Of a stretch of DNA of 34,836 nucleotides, positions 26,420 through 34,836 are shown one piece after another. The translations under genes and the position numbers were made by a program. The notes under the pieces were generated by a model, which was not told the DNA's origin, made no database searches, and saw nothing but the letters and a program-made list of their open reading frames with translations. Source of the DNA: a virus (lineage: Duplodnaviria > Heunggongvirae > Uroviricota > Caudoviricetes); the IMG/VR virus record IMGVR_UViG_2687453454_000001, positions 1 to 34,836 of that record. One strand, given 5' to 3'. Each line of letters opens with the position of its first letter. The stretch's first letter is position 1.

Positions 26420-26702
26420 TTAACATCACCTCCCAAATCTGCGTTTCACTCTCTTCTGCATCTGAACCGTAGAAGCCAATTAATTCTACGATGATCTCTC
26501 CTGACTCCTTTCTGGCATTCAGTACAGGATTGGGGGTTAACACAGATACAAAATCGACCGCGATATCGCCATCATTCAGGATGCTAAAATCGAATGAATC
26601 GGCAACATCATCAACTTCAATCGTTAATACATCACCTTTTGCCGACACTTTCATGACGTAATCAGAACGCTGCGGGGTAAAGATTGCTTTCATCAGAACC
26701 AT
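26412..26702 (-). CDS. alternative tail fibre assembly protein, N-terminal-part ORF
   Basis: 96 aa; ends 8 nt after the next ORF's ATG; sits between H' and the Tfa C-terminal-domain ORF. Confidence 0.5.
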   Translation of the reverse strand: MVLMKAIFTPQRSDYVMKVSAKGDVLTIEVDDVADSFDFSILNDGDIAVDFVSVLTPNPVLNARKESGEIIVELIGFYGSDAEESETQIWEVMLNG

Positions 26703-27100
26703 CTCCCAACTGCTGTATATCCAAGATATGCCGCTGCATTTTGCACATTGCTAATCAGCGCCAGTGACGTCCCAGTCAGTGAACTACCGCGAACGGAAGG
26801 CCACGATGATGTACCACCTGTTGATAGTGGAGCAGAAGGTGCTACGGCTGGCCTGGTGCCAACGAAAGTTGCAGGAAAAGTGAACACAGATTCAGTGGAA
26901 AAATATAGGTTTGTCGTTCCACCACTAGGGTTACTTGTTATGGATTCGACCGACTTGGTAAAACAACAGATTAATGTTCCGTCGGCGAATTTTGTGTACT
27001 CACCATTTGAGTTAGATCCTCTCTCAATAATTGCCCCGGTCGGAACTCCCCCTGACTGAGATACTGTTCCTACGACATCAGCTTTAGCAGCCGTTCGCAA
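26693..27100 (-). CDS. alternative tail fibre C-terminal (receptor-binding) segment H', promoterless
   Basis: Reading frame runs from the right crossover site; Gly/Ser/Thr-rich, fibre-tip-like sequence; would fuse to the constant H N-terminus after inversion. Confidence 0.6.
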   Translation of the reverse strand: MRTAAKADVVGTVSQSGGVPTGAIIERGSNSNGEYTKFADGTLICCFTKSVESITSNPSGGTTNLYFSTESVFTFPATFVGTRPAVAPSAPLSTGGTSSWPSVRGSSLTGTSLALISNVQNAAAYLGYTAVGRWF

Positions 27101-27117
27101 ACCAACGTTTTCCGGAA
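27092..27117. repeat. right crossover site of the invertible segment
   Basis: CGTTCGCAAACC-AA-CGTTTTCCGGAA; its reverse complement resembles the left site with the matching central dinucleotide. Confidence 0.5.
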
Positions 27118-27223
27118 GACATGGTTACTTCTGACGGTGCGGTACCTAACCTGCAGTACAGCCAGAAATGACGATGCTCGATACAATGCGAGGGACTATG
27201 GCATCTAAATAAAGGGGATTTTT

Positions 27224-27793
27224 ATGCTGATCGGCTATGTTAGGGTGTCAACAAATGACCAGAACACCGCGCTGCAAAGAAATGCGCTGGAAAGCGCAGG
27301 ATGTGAACAAATATTTGAAGACAAAATAAGCGGCACAAAAGCGGAAAGGCCGGGGCTTAAGCGTTTATTACGAACCTTATCGAAGGGGGATACGCTGGTT
27401 GTCTGGAAGCTTGATCGTCTCGGGCGGAGCATGCGCCACTTGGTGACCATGATTGAAGAGCTACGCAATCGCGGTGTTAACTTCCGCAGCCTGACAGACA
27501 GCATTGATACCTCAACACCTATGGGGCGTTTTTTCTTTCACGTCATGGGGGCGCTGGCAGAAATGGAGAGAGAGTTAATCGTTGAGCGCACCCGCGCCGG
27601 TTTGGTTGCGGCTCGTGCAGAAGGAAGGATAGGAGGGAGGCGACCAAAACTGACAGAGCAGCAATGGGAACAGGCGGGAAGACTGATCGCCGCAGGGGAG
27701 AAACGACAGCGGGTGGCTATTATTTTTGATGTCGGAATATCGACACTTTATAAAAAGTTCCCTTCAACAAGAAGGGAACATGAAGGGGCTTAA
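27224..27793 (+). CDS. serine DNA invertase (Hin/Gin/Pin/Cin family)
   Basis: N-terminus MLIGYVRVSTNDQ with the catalytic serine context; GRRPKL and C-terminal HTH typical of this family. Confidence 0.92.
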   Translation: MLIGYVRVSTNDQNTALQRNALESAGCEQIFEDKISGTKAERPGLKRLLRTLSKGDTLVVWKLDRLGRSMRHLVTMIEELRNRGVNFRSLTDSIDTSTPMGRFFFHVMGALAEMERELIVERTRAGLVAARAEGRIGGRRPKLTEQQWEQAGRLIAAGEKRQRVAIIFDVGISTLYKKFPSTRREHEGA

Positions 27794-27800
27794 GGCATTA

Positions 27801-28298
27801 TTAAAACAGACCGTTGAGCGAGTCTTTCACCCGGTTTATCGCATTATTTGCACTCGTCTTTAACCCGGCCAGGGCATCGCTGACGGTCGAGCTTTGCAGC
27901 TTCTCCCTGTAATCCGAATCGACACGGCTTAGGGTGAGGGTAAATTCGATTTTTTTTGGATTCCCAAATCGGTCGAACTCGGACTTTCCCCGCTCCAGAC
28001 GTGTTAAAACGTACATACCATAAATACGCCCCGTACCCTCAATAAGCGGCCATGGGCGCCCTGCGTAGCCGACAGTTTCAAGGGCTGACAGCGAGATATT
28101 TCCACCGGTGATTTCCGGGTAAAGGACGCCTGACAGCGTTATATTGTCATCACCAGCACCAATGTACTGCCAACCGGCTGACTGGTTAACCCGCTCGTTT
28201 TTTACGTGCCTCCATTCCTGCGAGTGCTGGAGTTGCTGGTAAGGGGTGGTGCGCAGCATAAAAACGAACATTCCAAAAACCATCATCATAATCGTCAC
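27801..28298 (-). CDS. U: tail protein U (gpU-like)
   Basis: 165 aa; FVFMLRTTPYQQLQHSQEWRHV and ITLSGVLYPEITGG resemble P2 U as I recall it. Confidence 0.8.
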   Translation of the reverse strand: MTIMMMVFGMFVFMLRTTPYQQLQHSQEWRHVKNERVNQSAGWQYIGAGDDNITLSGVLYPEITGGNISLSALETVGYAGRPWPLIEGTGRIYGMYVLTRLERGKSEFDRFGNPKKIEFTLTLSRVDSDYREKLQSSTVSDALAGLKTSANNAINRVKDSLNGLF

Positions 28299-31022
28299 CT
28301 ATTCTCTGTCGCGGAAAGAACCACGGTTAATTCTGCCGGTGCTGGCCATCGCATCACGCACAACATTGCGCATCATTCTTTCCAGCTCCTGATCCGTGCG
28401 TTTACCAACATCGTTAAAGATAATGTTAAAAATTGGGGCGCCGCCGGTCGGAGCGGTAACGGGAGCTGATACCGGGGCCTGTGTGGCGGCGGTCGCGGAA
28501 ATAATGCCCCCAGCTGCGGGCGTTGCCACTCGAGATACTGATTGCGGTATGACACGCGCTTCCTGATATGCGCCACGCAAAGCCAGGGCACGCGGCAGGT
28601 TTTTGAAAATAATGTCACCCGGTCCGACTTTCTTGGTGTTGTCAGCGGTTGCTTTTGTATTGTCTGCTATGCTTTGCAGACGTCGTTGCGTACCGGTATT
28701 TCCTGACAGCGGCGAGACCGCAGGTGGTGCGCCAGTAGCAACTGGCGACTCTGCTTTTTTGGGGGACCAGTTCCATTCCTTCTGGACCATTTTCTTTTGC
28801 TGTGGGTCCCACTCCCATGAAACTGGTTTTTTGGGCGCGAGATCGTTGACTTTGTCTCTCGCAGCGTCAATTCCGGATGGAATTAAACCCAGCTTTTCCA
28901 GCAAAAGGCTGACTCCTTCAGTCAGCAGTCGCAGGGGGGTAAAGAGTAAATTTAATGCGGTACCGAGTACCTCACCAAATGTTTTCCCGGCACTGGCACA
29001 TGTGTCCAGCGCATCACGAGAAAAGTCTATAGGGGTGAATAACTGGCTAAACCAGCTCCATAACTTAGATACACCGACGCCAATTGCATCAAACAATGGG
29101 ATTAAAAACGAAAACGACTGAATCAGTGGTGACAGACCCAGACTGATACCAGTAAACAGACCAGAGAAAAACGCCTTGATAGGCTCCCAGAATCGCAATA
29201 TGAGCAGGCTGGCGGCAACAAATGCCGCAACAATAAGGCCAGGAACGCCGAGTAACGAGGCGAGAATTACCCGTAAACCAGAGAACGCAACGCCAAGTGT
29301 CGATACGCAACTGGTCGCTGTGATCGATGATATACCAATCATGCTTAAGGCCAGCCGGAGCTTCGCCAATGGGCCGAGAATGAAACTCACTGTTAAGCTT
29401 GCGATGCCAAGAGCACCGACAAGTACCATAATCGCGCCACCAATCAGGATAAATGTCTGTGTCAGGCGGGGATTTTCTTTAACCCAGGTGCTGGCGGCAG
29501 TAATCAAGTCGCTGAGTCCCTGAGTAAGAGATCGCAGAGGGCCATCGGTGGTCTCTTCGACCTGAATGCGGAAACCTTCCCATGCGCTGTCTAGGTTTTT
29601 CAGATCGCCGCTGAGGTTGTCAGCCATGACCTTCGCCGCCTTCTGCGCTTCACCCTGAGAGCCGCGCAAATCAGCCAGGAGTTTTTGCAGCTCACCGCTA
29701 CCAGCCGATCTAACCAGTGCCTGAAATGACTTTGCCGCTTCCTCGCCTGCTATGTCTTTGAAGAATGACAGCTGGTCTGTGTCACCGTACTTTTTGATAG
29801 ATTTATAAATATCAGATAAGACTACTTCGGCAGGTCGCATTTTTCCGGTGGCATCAGCAACAGAAACGCCCAATTCTTTCAAGGCTGCCTGAGCTTTTCC
29901 TGTTGGTGCAGCCAGACGCGAAAAGGTGGTTTGTAGGCCAGTACCTGCAATACTGCCACGCAGGCCAACGTTCGCCATTACACCGATCATGGCGGTTGTG
30001 CGCTCAACATCAACGCCAAGACCGGCCATCCCGGTTCCTGCATACTTCATCGCCTCACCGATGTTCATTAAATCGGTGTTAGTACGGGTAAATGCCGCGG
30101 TCAAAACATCACTGACCCGATCCATCTCCTTTGGATCGAGACGGAACTGCGAAAGAATGTTAGAGCTGATGTCGGCACTTTCACCAAGATCCATGCCACC
30201 GGCGAGCGCCATATTCAGAACGCCAGGCAATGCAGCCTGAATAGCAGCCGGAGTAAAGCCAGCCATTGCAAGAAACGCCTGCCCGCTGGCTGCATCGCGC
30301 GAAGTAAATGCGGTTTCGGCACCGAGTTTTTTGGCCTGCGCACGCAGGTCTGCCAGTTGGGAGGCGTCTTTGTTGAGTCGGGTTAATGCCTGAACGCGTG
30401 ACATTTCCTCATCGAAACCAATCGCAGGCGCCAGGAATGATCCGCCAGCGTAGCCCGCAGCAGCAGTGCCTAGCATCATCCCCATGCCTGCCCCGCGAAG
30501 CTTGCCCGCAGTCTCTTTAGCTCGATCATACCCGGCCTGTGCTTTTTGGGTAGCAGCCAGCTGGCGACGTTCGCGCTCAAGTGTCTGGTTGTATTGCTCC
30601 GTACGCCTGATGGCACTTTGGATAGCGCCGCTCCCGGTGGTGAGGTTAACGCCATGCTGACGCACTGCCTGCGCGGCTGTGCGCAGCTGCGTCGTTTGCC
30701 TGCCGTAGGTTTCAGTCAGCCGGGAAAGTTTGGTACGAAGTGACTCAAGTCGCGCCGTCTGGGCTTCAGTAAGCTGACCACCTTCGCGTTGTTTCTGGTT
30801 GAGGCCGTCAAAGGCTCGCTGGGTGCTTTTCAGCTTCTGCGCAGTGTCATTGGCTTGCGAGCGCAACTTATCAAATGACGCTGCGCTTTTTTCTAGGTCT
30901 TTGATTGAGGACTGTGTTTTTTTGAGGGAGTCGGAAAGGCCGCCAATGGCTTTACTGGCGGCGTTGACCGGGCGGGTGAGCTTGTCAATTGCACTGAACG
31001 CAACGCGAATACTAAGATCCAT
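28299..31022 (-). CDS. T: tail tape measure protein (gpT-like)
   Basis: About 907 aa; Ala/Gly-rich helical sequence with hydrophobic central segments; best start at the ATG at 31022 after GAAGGAGG (ORF track begins at 31043). Confidence 0.88.
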   Translation of the reverse strand: MDLSIRVAFSAIDKLTRPVNAASKAIGGLSDSLKKTQSSIKDLEKSAASFDKLRSQANDTAQKLKSTQRAFDGLNQKQREGGQLTEAQTARLESLRTKLSRLTETYGRQTTQLRTAAQAVRQHGVNLTTGSGAIQSAIRRTEQYNQTLERERRQLAATQKAQAGYDRAKETAGKLRGAGMGMMLGTAAAGYAGGSFLAPAIGFDEEMSRVQALTRLNKDASQLADLRAQAKKLGAETAFTSRDAASGQAFLAMAGFTPAAIQAALPGVLNMALAGGMDLGESADISSNILSQFRLDPKEMDRVSDVLTAAFTRTNTDLMNIGEAMKYAGTGMAGLGVDVERTTAMIGVMANVGLRGSIAGTGLQTTFSRLAAPTGKAQAALKELGVSVADATGKMRPAEVVLSDIYKSIKKYGDTDQLSFFKDIAGEEAAKSFQALVRSAGSGELQKLLADLRGSQGEAQKAAKVMADNLSGDLKNLDSAWEGFRIQVEETTDGPLRSLTQGLSDLITAASTWVKENPRLTQTFILIGGAIMVLVGALGIASLTVSFILGPLAKLRLALSMIGISSITATSCVSTLGVAFSGLRVILASLLGVPGLIVAAFVAASLLILRFWEPIKAFFSGLFTGISLGLSPLIQSFSFLIPLFDAIGVGVSKLWSWFSQLFTPIDFSRDALDTCASAGKTFGEVLGTALNLLFTPLRLLTEGVSLLLEKLGLIPSGIDAARDKVNDLAPKKPVSWEWDPQQKKMVQKEWNWSPKKAESPVATGAPPAVSPLSGNTGTQRRLQSIADNTKATADNTKKVGPGDIIFKNLPRALALRGAYQEARVIPQSVSRVATPAAGGIISATAATQAPVSAPVTAPTGGAPIFNIIFNDVGKRTDQELERMMRNVVRDAMASTGRINRGSFRDRE

Positions 31023-31484
31023 CGTCATCATCCTCCTTCTCATGGTTACCGCTTCTGATGGCCGCCCGTTCGCGCCAGGCCATCAGCTCGCGCAACTCCA
31101 TGCTGTGCATTTCGGAGGGCGGCCAGTGAAATATCACAGCGATGTCGGCGATCAGATCGTCGACATCACTGAATACTGCCTCTCTTACTTGCTCGCCGTC
31201 GCCGCCTCTCTCGGTGCGGACGGCGCCGCTTTCGTCAAAAAAGGCGTGATTTCTTCGCACAGTGCCGTAAAGTCTCCGGTCGCCATTGAGGAAATATCGG
31301 TGGTTGTCAGCTGAGGTGCGGTGACGCGAGTCAGTAGAGTTGATACCGCGTCATAGTCGAAGTTGAGAACATCAACCAGACGCAGCCCGCGCAGTGAGCC
31401 AGCCTGCTTGATTGTGTCGGTGATTGCGACGGATTTGATTTCCTGGTCGCCGCGTTTAATGGGTTGGCTGAGAGTTACTGACAT
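31012..31484 (-). CDS. tail assembly chaperone frameshift product E+E' (programmed -1 frameshift)
   Basis: The -1 frame ORF 31012..31260 overlaps the E 3' end; slippery heptamer TTTTTTG occupies 31242..31236 on the minus strand. Confidence 0.7.
31185..31484 (-). CDS. E: tail assembly chaperone (gpE-like)
   Basis: 99 aa, between the tail tube and tape measure genes; contains a slippery TTTTTTG near its 3' end. Confidence 0.8.
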   Translation of the reverse strand: MSVTLSQPIKRGDQEIKSVAITDTIKQAGSLRGLRLVDVLNFDYDAVSTLLTRVTAPQLTTTDISSMATGDFTALCEEITPFLTKAAPSAPREAATASK

Positions 31485-31538
31485 TATATTTTCTCCGGGC
31501 GGCCATTCTGGCCACCATTGGTAGTGGTAAAAAAAAGA

Positions 31539-32054
31539 TTACTGGCCGAGACCCAGGGCGGACGCAATGCGGTCCGGGTAGAGACTCTTGCCGTTGCGCT
31601 TGTAGATGAAGTTCAGCAGGTCGATTTCCAGCAAAGGCTTGTCATCCACGGAGAGCTTGTAATACGTATTTTTGAGCGCATAAGTATGGCTGGTGTCATC
31701 ACCCTGCTTGGCTTCGCCCTGGTCAACTTCGGTAATACGTCCGCGCATCTCGACCTCAAGCAGGGAACTTGTTCCACCGCTGTAGATCTCACCGACAAAG
31801 CGCGTGCGTAGTTCGTCAATATCTCCGCCCCATTTCAGAATCAGCTCTTCGACCATGCCGCCAACAACCATTGATGCATCCAGTGCACCTGAATCAAGGC
31901 CGAGGTCGACAGCAGCGGAGCCAAGCATCCCACCACCCTGGTAATCTTCCGTTTTACGGGTAATTTTGGGGAGCGTGACGCTGGGGATTTTCCCGATGTA
32001 GTTGTCACCATCGACAAACATCGTGAACAGGCGGAGTTTCTTCGGAATAGCCAT
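31539..32054 (-). CDS. FII: tail tube protein (gpFII-like)
   Basis: 171 aa; P2 FII-like sequence; directly downstream of the sheath gene. Confidence 0.88.
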   Translation of the reverse strand: MAIPKKLRLFTMFVDGDNYIGKIPSVTLPKITRKTEDYQGGGMLGSAAVDLGLDSGALDASMVVGGMVEELILKWGGDIDELRTRFVGEIYSGGTSSLLEVEMRGRITEVDQGEAKQGDDTSHTYALKNTYYKLSVDDKPLLEIDLLNFIYKRNGKSLYPDRIASALGLGQ

Positions 32055-33236
32055 TTATGCACCTCCCAGCGATGCAAAGGCTGGTTCGTAATACTGATCG
32101 GTAAACGTCTGGATCAGCGTTAAATCTTCCAGCGGTGGTACGGGGCTGTAGTTGTAGCGAACAACGGCTTTACCCTGGCGAATACCGGTGGTCGGGTTAT
32201 CGACAATATCAAACCAGCATGCAGCACCAATCAGTTTGCCAGCAGTAACCAGCGCCTGAAGTTTGGCATTGATCCCACTCACGACGTCTTTGACGTTAGC
32301 CGGGGTAAGCGGTTTGTCCACGGTGGTGAATTGTGCTTCCGCAATGCTGTCCGCCAGAATTTGGGCAGTACGGGTAAATACCTCGAAAATATACTCTTCG
32401 GTGTCGGTGGTGCGGTTCCCCCAGAACCGGAAGCCGTCGCGTTTGATCAGCGTGGTAATCTCGTTGGCGTTCAGCTCGTTAGCGTCGGAGTCCTCCGCCT
32501 GTAACGCCCAGAAAACGTCTTTAGAGATACCTAGGACGTTTTTAACCGCAACGTTAGAAAGTGACTTGTGCCAGCCCTGCTCATTGTCAATCAGTGCCCG
32601 CAGGCCAAGCGCATAGGCAACAGCCGGGAATTCTTCATTAACGCCGGTCTGCGGGTTGTAGGCGATGAAGTTAGGCCAAATCATCATCCCTTCACGTTCG
32701 GCAAACTGCTCGCGGTAGGTTTTCGCTTCGGCAATAGTCTCGCAGCTATCGCAGTAACTGTAAGAGAATGCACGCAGCTGCTTCGCAATTACGCGTAGCT
32801 GTGCGGTTACTTCCTGCGTGTCGTACATCGGAATGCCGAGGATGCGAGGGCGGTAACCGGTTTTCTGCTCTGCGGTCAGCAGGGCAAACATCCCGGTATA
32901 GCTTCCGTCAGCCTGTGTGCCACCGATAATGAGCTGGGATTGCGTTTTGGCATTTTCTCCTTCCTTTGCTTCAGCGACACGAACAACAATTACACGCGTG
33001 CTGACCTGGTCGGAAATAGCCTTGAGAGATTTATACAGTGAGCCTGTTTTGCCCGCCTTACCCAGCACGCTAATCACGCGAGTGATCAGGACTGGCGTAT
33101 CAAGTGGAAAGGTGAGGGGATCGGCATCATCGGCCACCGCAACCAGACCAATGACCGTTGAATCAATGTCATTGATCGCGGTCTGGAGGTCGGTGTTTTC
33201 TTTGGTGCGCGCCCCGTGGAAAAAGTTGTCGGTCAT
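32055..33236 (-). CDS. FI: contractile tail sheath protein (gpFI-like)
   Basis: 393 aa; P2 FI-like sequence and order. Confidence 0.9.
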   Translation of the reverse strand: MTDNFFHGARTKENTDLQTAINDIDSTVIGLVAVADDADPLTFPLDTPVLITRVISVLGKAGKTGSLYKSLKAISDQVSTRVIVVRVAEAKEGENAKTQSQLIIGGTQADGSYTGMFALLTAEQKTGYRPRILGIPMYDTQEVTAQLRVIAKQLRAFSYSYCDSCETIAEAKTYREQFAEREGMMIWPNFIAYNPQTGVNEEFPAVAYALGLRALIDNEQGWHKSLSNVAVKNVLGISKDVFWALQAEDSDANELNANEITTLIKRDGFRFWGNRTTDTEEYIFEVFTRTAQILADSIAEAQFTTVDKPLTPANVKDVVSGINAKLQALVTAGKLIGAACWFDIVDNPTTGIRQGKAVVRYNYSPVPPLEDLTLIQTFTDQYYEPAFASLGGA

Positions 33237-33311
33237 ACTCTACCGCCATCATGTTTAGTGAGTTCATGGTGATATTCGCTGAATTCCGGGCGGCAGACAC
33301 GTTGCGATGGA

Positions 33312-33329
33312 TGTCGCAGAAAGGCGACA
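33312..33329. promoter_or_regulatory. Ogr/Delta-type late-promoter activator site (TGT-N12-ACA)
   Basis: TGTCGC-AGAAAG-GCGACA perfect dyad between the divergent FI and D genes. Confidence 0.55.
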
Positions 33330-33387
33330 ACAAAAGGCTGTTTGTCCTATCGCGCGCGCATGGAAATATTTGCGGGAGGAGAAAGCG

Positions 33388-34542
33388 ATGGCACTGACAA
33401 CTGAGGCAATAGAGAGCGCAAAAAGCCTGCTGAATGCGGGTGCTGAGAAATTCAAAAATTATCCTGGCGACTTGTCACGTGTGCCAGCGTTTAACGTAAC
33501 GCTTGGCGGCAGAGCGCTGATCATGCTGGATGAGAAACTGATCTCGTTAGAATTAACAGATAACAGGGGCTTTAATGCTGATGAACTGACTATCACTGTT
33601 GATGACAGCCAGGGAGATATTGAGTTACCGCCACGTGGCGCTGAGTTATCGGTAGCGATAGGTTGGCAGGGAGAAAAACTGGTACACAAAGGGATTTTCA
33701 TCGTGGATGAAATTGCGCACTCAGGGCCGCCGGACCGTATCGAGATCACGGCCAGAAGTGCAGATTTCCGCGATGAATTTAACGTTAAGCGGGAGGTGTC
33801 GTGGCATGATGTTACAGTAGAGCGCATCGTCTCTGCTATAGCTCACAGGTACAAGTTAAAACCTCTCATCTCAGAGCAACTGATGTCCGCCGAGATCGAT
33901 CATGCAGATCAGACGCAGGAAAGCGATATGTCGTTTCTGACGCGCATGGCGGAAATGCTGGGCGCTATTGCAACTGTGAAAAATGGTTACCTTCTCTTCA
34001 TCCTGCCTGGTGGCGGTGTCAGCGCAAACGGCAGAGCGTTGCCGGAATTTTCCATCACGCGCAGCAGCGGAGATCGCCATTCTTTCCGGATTGCAGATCG
34101 CGACGCATATACTGGCGTGCAGGCGTACTGGCTTGATATGGATTTCGGGAAAAAGAAAAAGGTTACTGTTAAAAAGCGGAAGAAAACCGCAGACAAAAAG
34201 CCGCGCAGCAGCAGCCGGGAAGGGGACTATATTGCCGGTGAAGATGGTAACGTTTTTGTACTCCGTACGACGTACAGCAGTGAGATAGCCGCACAACGTG
34301 CAGCAGCTGCAAAATGGCAACAACTCCAGCGCGGAGCTGCTGAGTTCTCTTTAACCCTGGCTTACGGGCGCGCGGATCTGTATCCGGAGATGCACGGAAC
34401 GGTAACGGAGTTCAAAGACGTCATTGACGGCCAGGATTGGATAATTGCGAAGGCAAGCCACACTGTTGACGATAGTGGGTTTAAAACGCGGCTGGAGTTG
34501 GAAGCAAAAATACCTGAATGGATTGCAGAAACCGAATCATAG
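33388..34542 (+). CDS. D: tail protein D (late control gene D family)
   Basis: About 384 aa from the ATG at 33388 after GGGAGGAG (ORF track begins at 33307); P2 D-like. Confidence 0.85.
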   Translation: MALTTEAIESAKSLLNAGAEKFKNYPGDLSRVPAFNVTLGGRALIMLDEKLISLELTDNRGFNADELTITVDDSQGDIELPPRGAELSVAIGWQGEKLVHKGIFIVDEIAHSGPPDRIEITARSADFRDEFNVKREVSWHDVTVERIVSAIAHRYKLKPLISEQLMSAEIDHADQTQESDMSFLTRMAEMLGAIATVKNGYLLFILPGGGVSANGRALPEFSITRSSGDRHSFRIADRDAYTGVQAYWLDMDFGKKKKVTVKKRKKTADKKPRSSSREGDYIAGEDGNVFVLRTTYSSEIAAQRAAAAKWQQLQRGAAEFSLTLAYGRADLYPEMHGTVTEFKDVIDGQDWIIAKASHTVDDSGFKTRLELEAKIPEWIAETES

Positions 34543-34587
34543 CGGCCATAATATGAGCGAGTTCAACTCCCGCCATGGGAGGCCATT

Positions 34588-34836
34588 ATGTTTAAGTGTC
34601 CTGTTTGTGGTGCCGTCGCCCGTACGCGCACCAGTCGCCCTCTTAGTGAAATGACAGTCCGGCATTATCACCAGTGCCAGAATTTCGAATGCAGTATTAC
34701 GTTTACTACGCTCAACAGCGTTGAGAAGCTTGTAACCAAACGCGCGCCCCGCGAAAAGTTACCGGCTGATTTCATCCCATCCGATGCTTTCCCTGCTTCG
34801 CACTATGGGAGGAATCAGCTTAATTTGGCCCTCTAA
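34588..34836 (+). CDS. ogr: Ogr/Delta-family zinc-finger late-gene activator
   Basis: MFKCPVCG...RHYHQCQNFECSITF has the Cys4 zinc-finger spacing of P2 Ogr. Confidence 0.85.
   Translation: MFKCPVCGAVARTRTSRPLSEMTVRHYHQCQNFECSITFTTLNSVEKLVTKRAPREKLPADFIPSDAFPASHYGRNQLNLAL

Larger units (their letters stand above)
25395..27117. other. invertible tail-fibre host-range segment (about 1.7 kb)
   Basis: Bounded by inverted crossover-site-like repeats; holds the H variable 3' end plus tfa on the plus strand and an alternative promoterless H' 3' end plus tfa' on the minus strand; invertase gene immediately downstream. Confidence 0.7.

Overview
The window holds a chromosomal tRNA operon (Gly-GCC, Cys-GCA, Leu-UAA, arranged like glyW-cysT-leuZ) followed, from about 455 to the window end, by an essentially complete P2-family prophage integrated next to tRNA-Leu. 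Prophage order read from the sequence: int, two cargo genes, immunity repressor (all minus strand); then a plus-strand early operon (small regulators, Dam-family methylase, replication initiator A); a cargo island between A and cos; cos; portal and large terminase (minus); scaffold, capsid, small terminase, head completion, lysis cassette, tail completion and baseplate genes, tail fibre H and its assembly gene (plus); an invertible tail-fibre segment with a Pin/Gin-type invertase; the tail sheath-to-U block on the minus strand (inverted relative to P2 as I recall it); then D and ogr (plus). No P2 old/tin or Z/fun genes, no CRISPR array and no transposase were seen. Two cargo loci are the best candidates for an undescribed system: (1) between A and cos, an AT-rich 944-aa N-terminally membrane-anchored protein with a 128-aa upstream gene, next to a RelE/ParE-like toxin and HTH protein; (2) inside the repressor-int lysogeny operon, a BRCT-plus-WYL-like protein and a C-terminally membrane-anchored protein. 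All homology calls are by eye from the translations; no database search was run.
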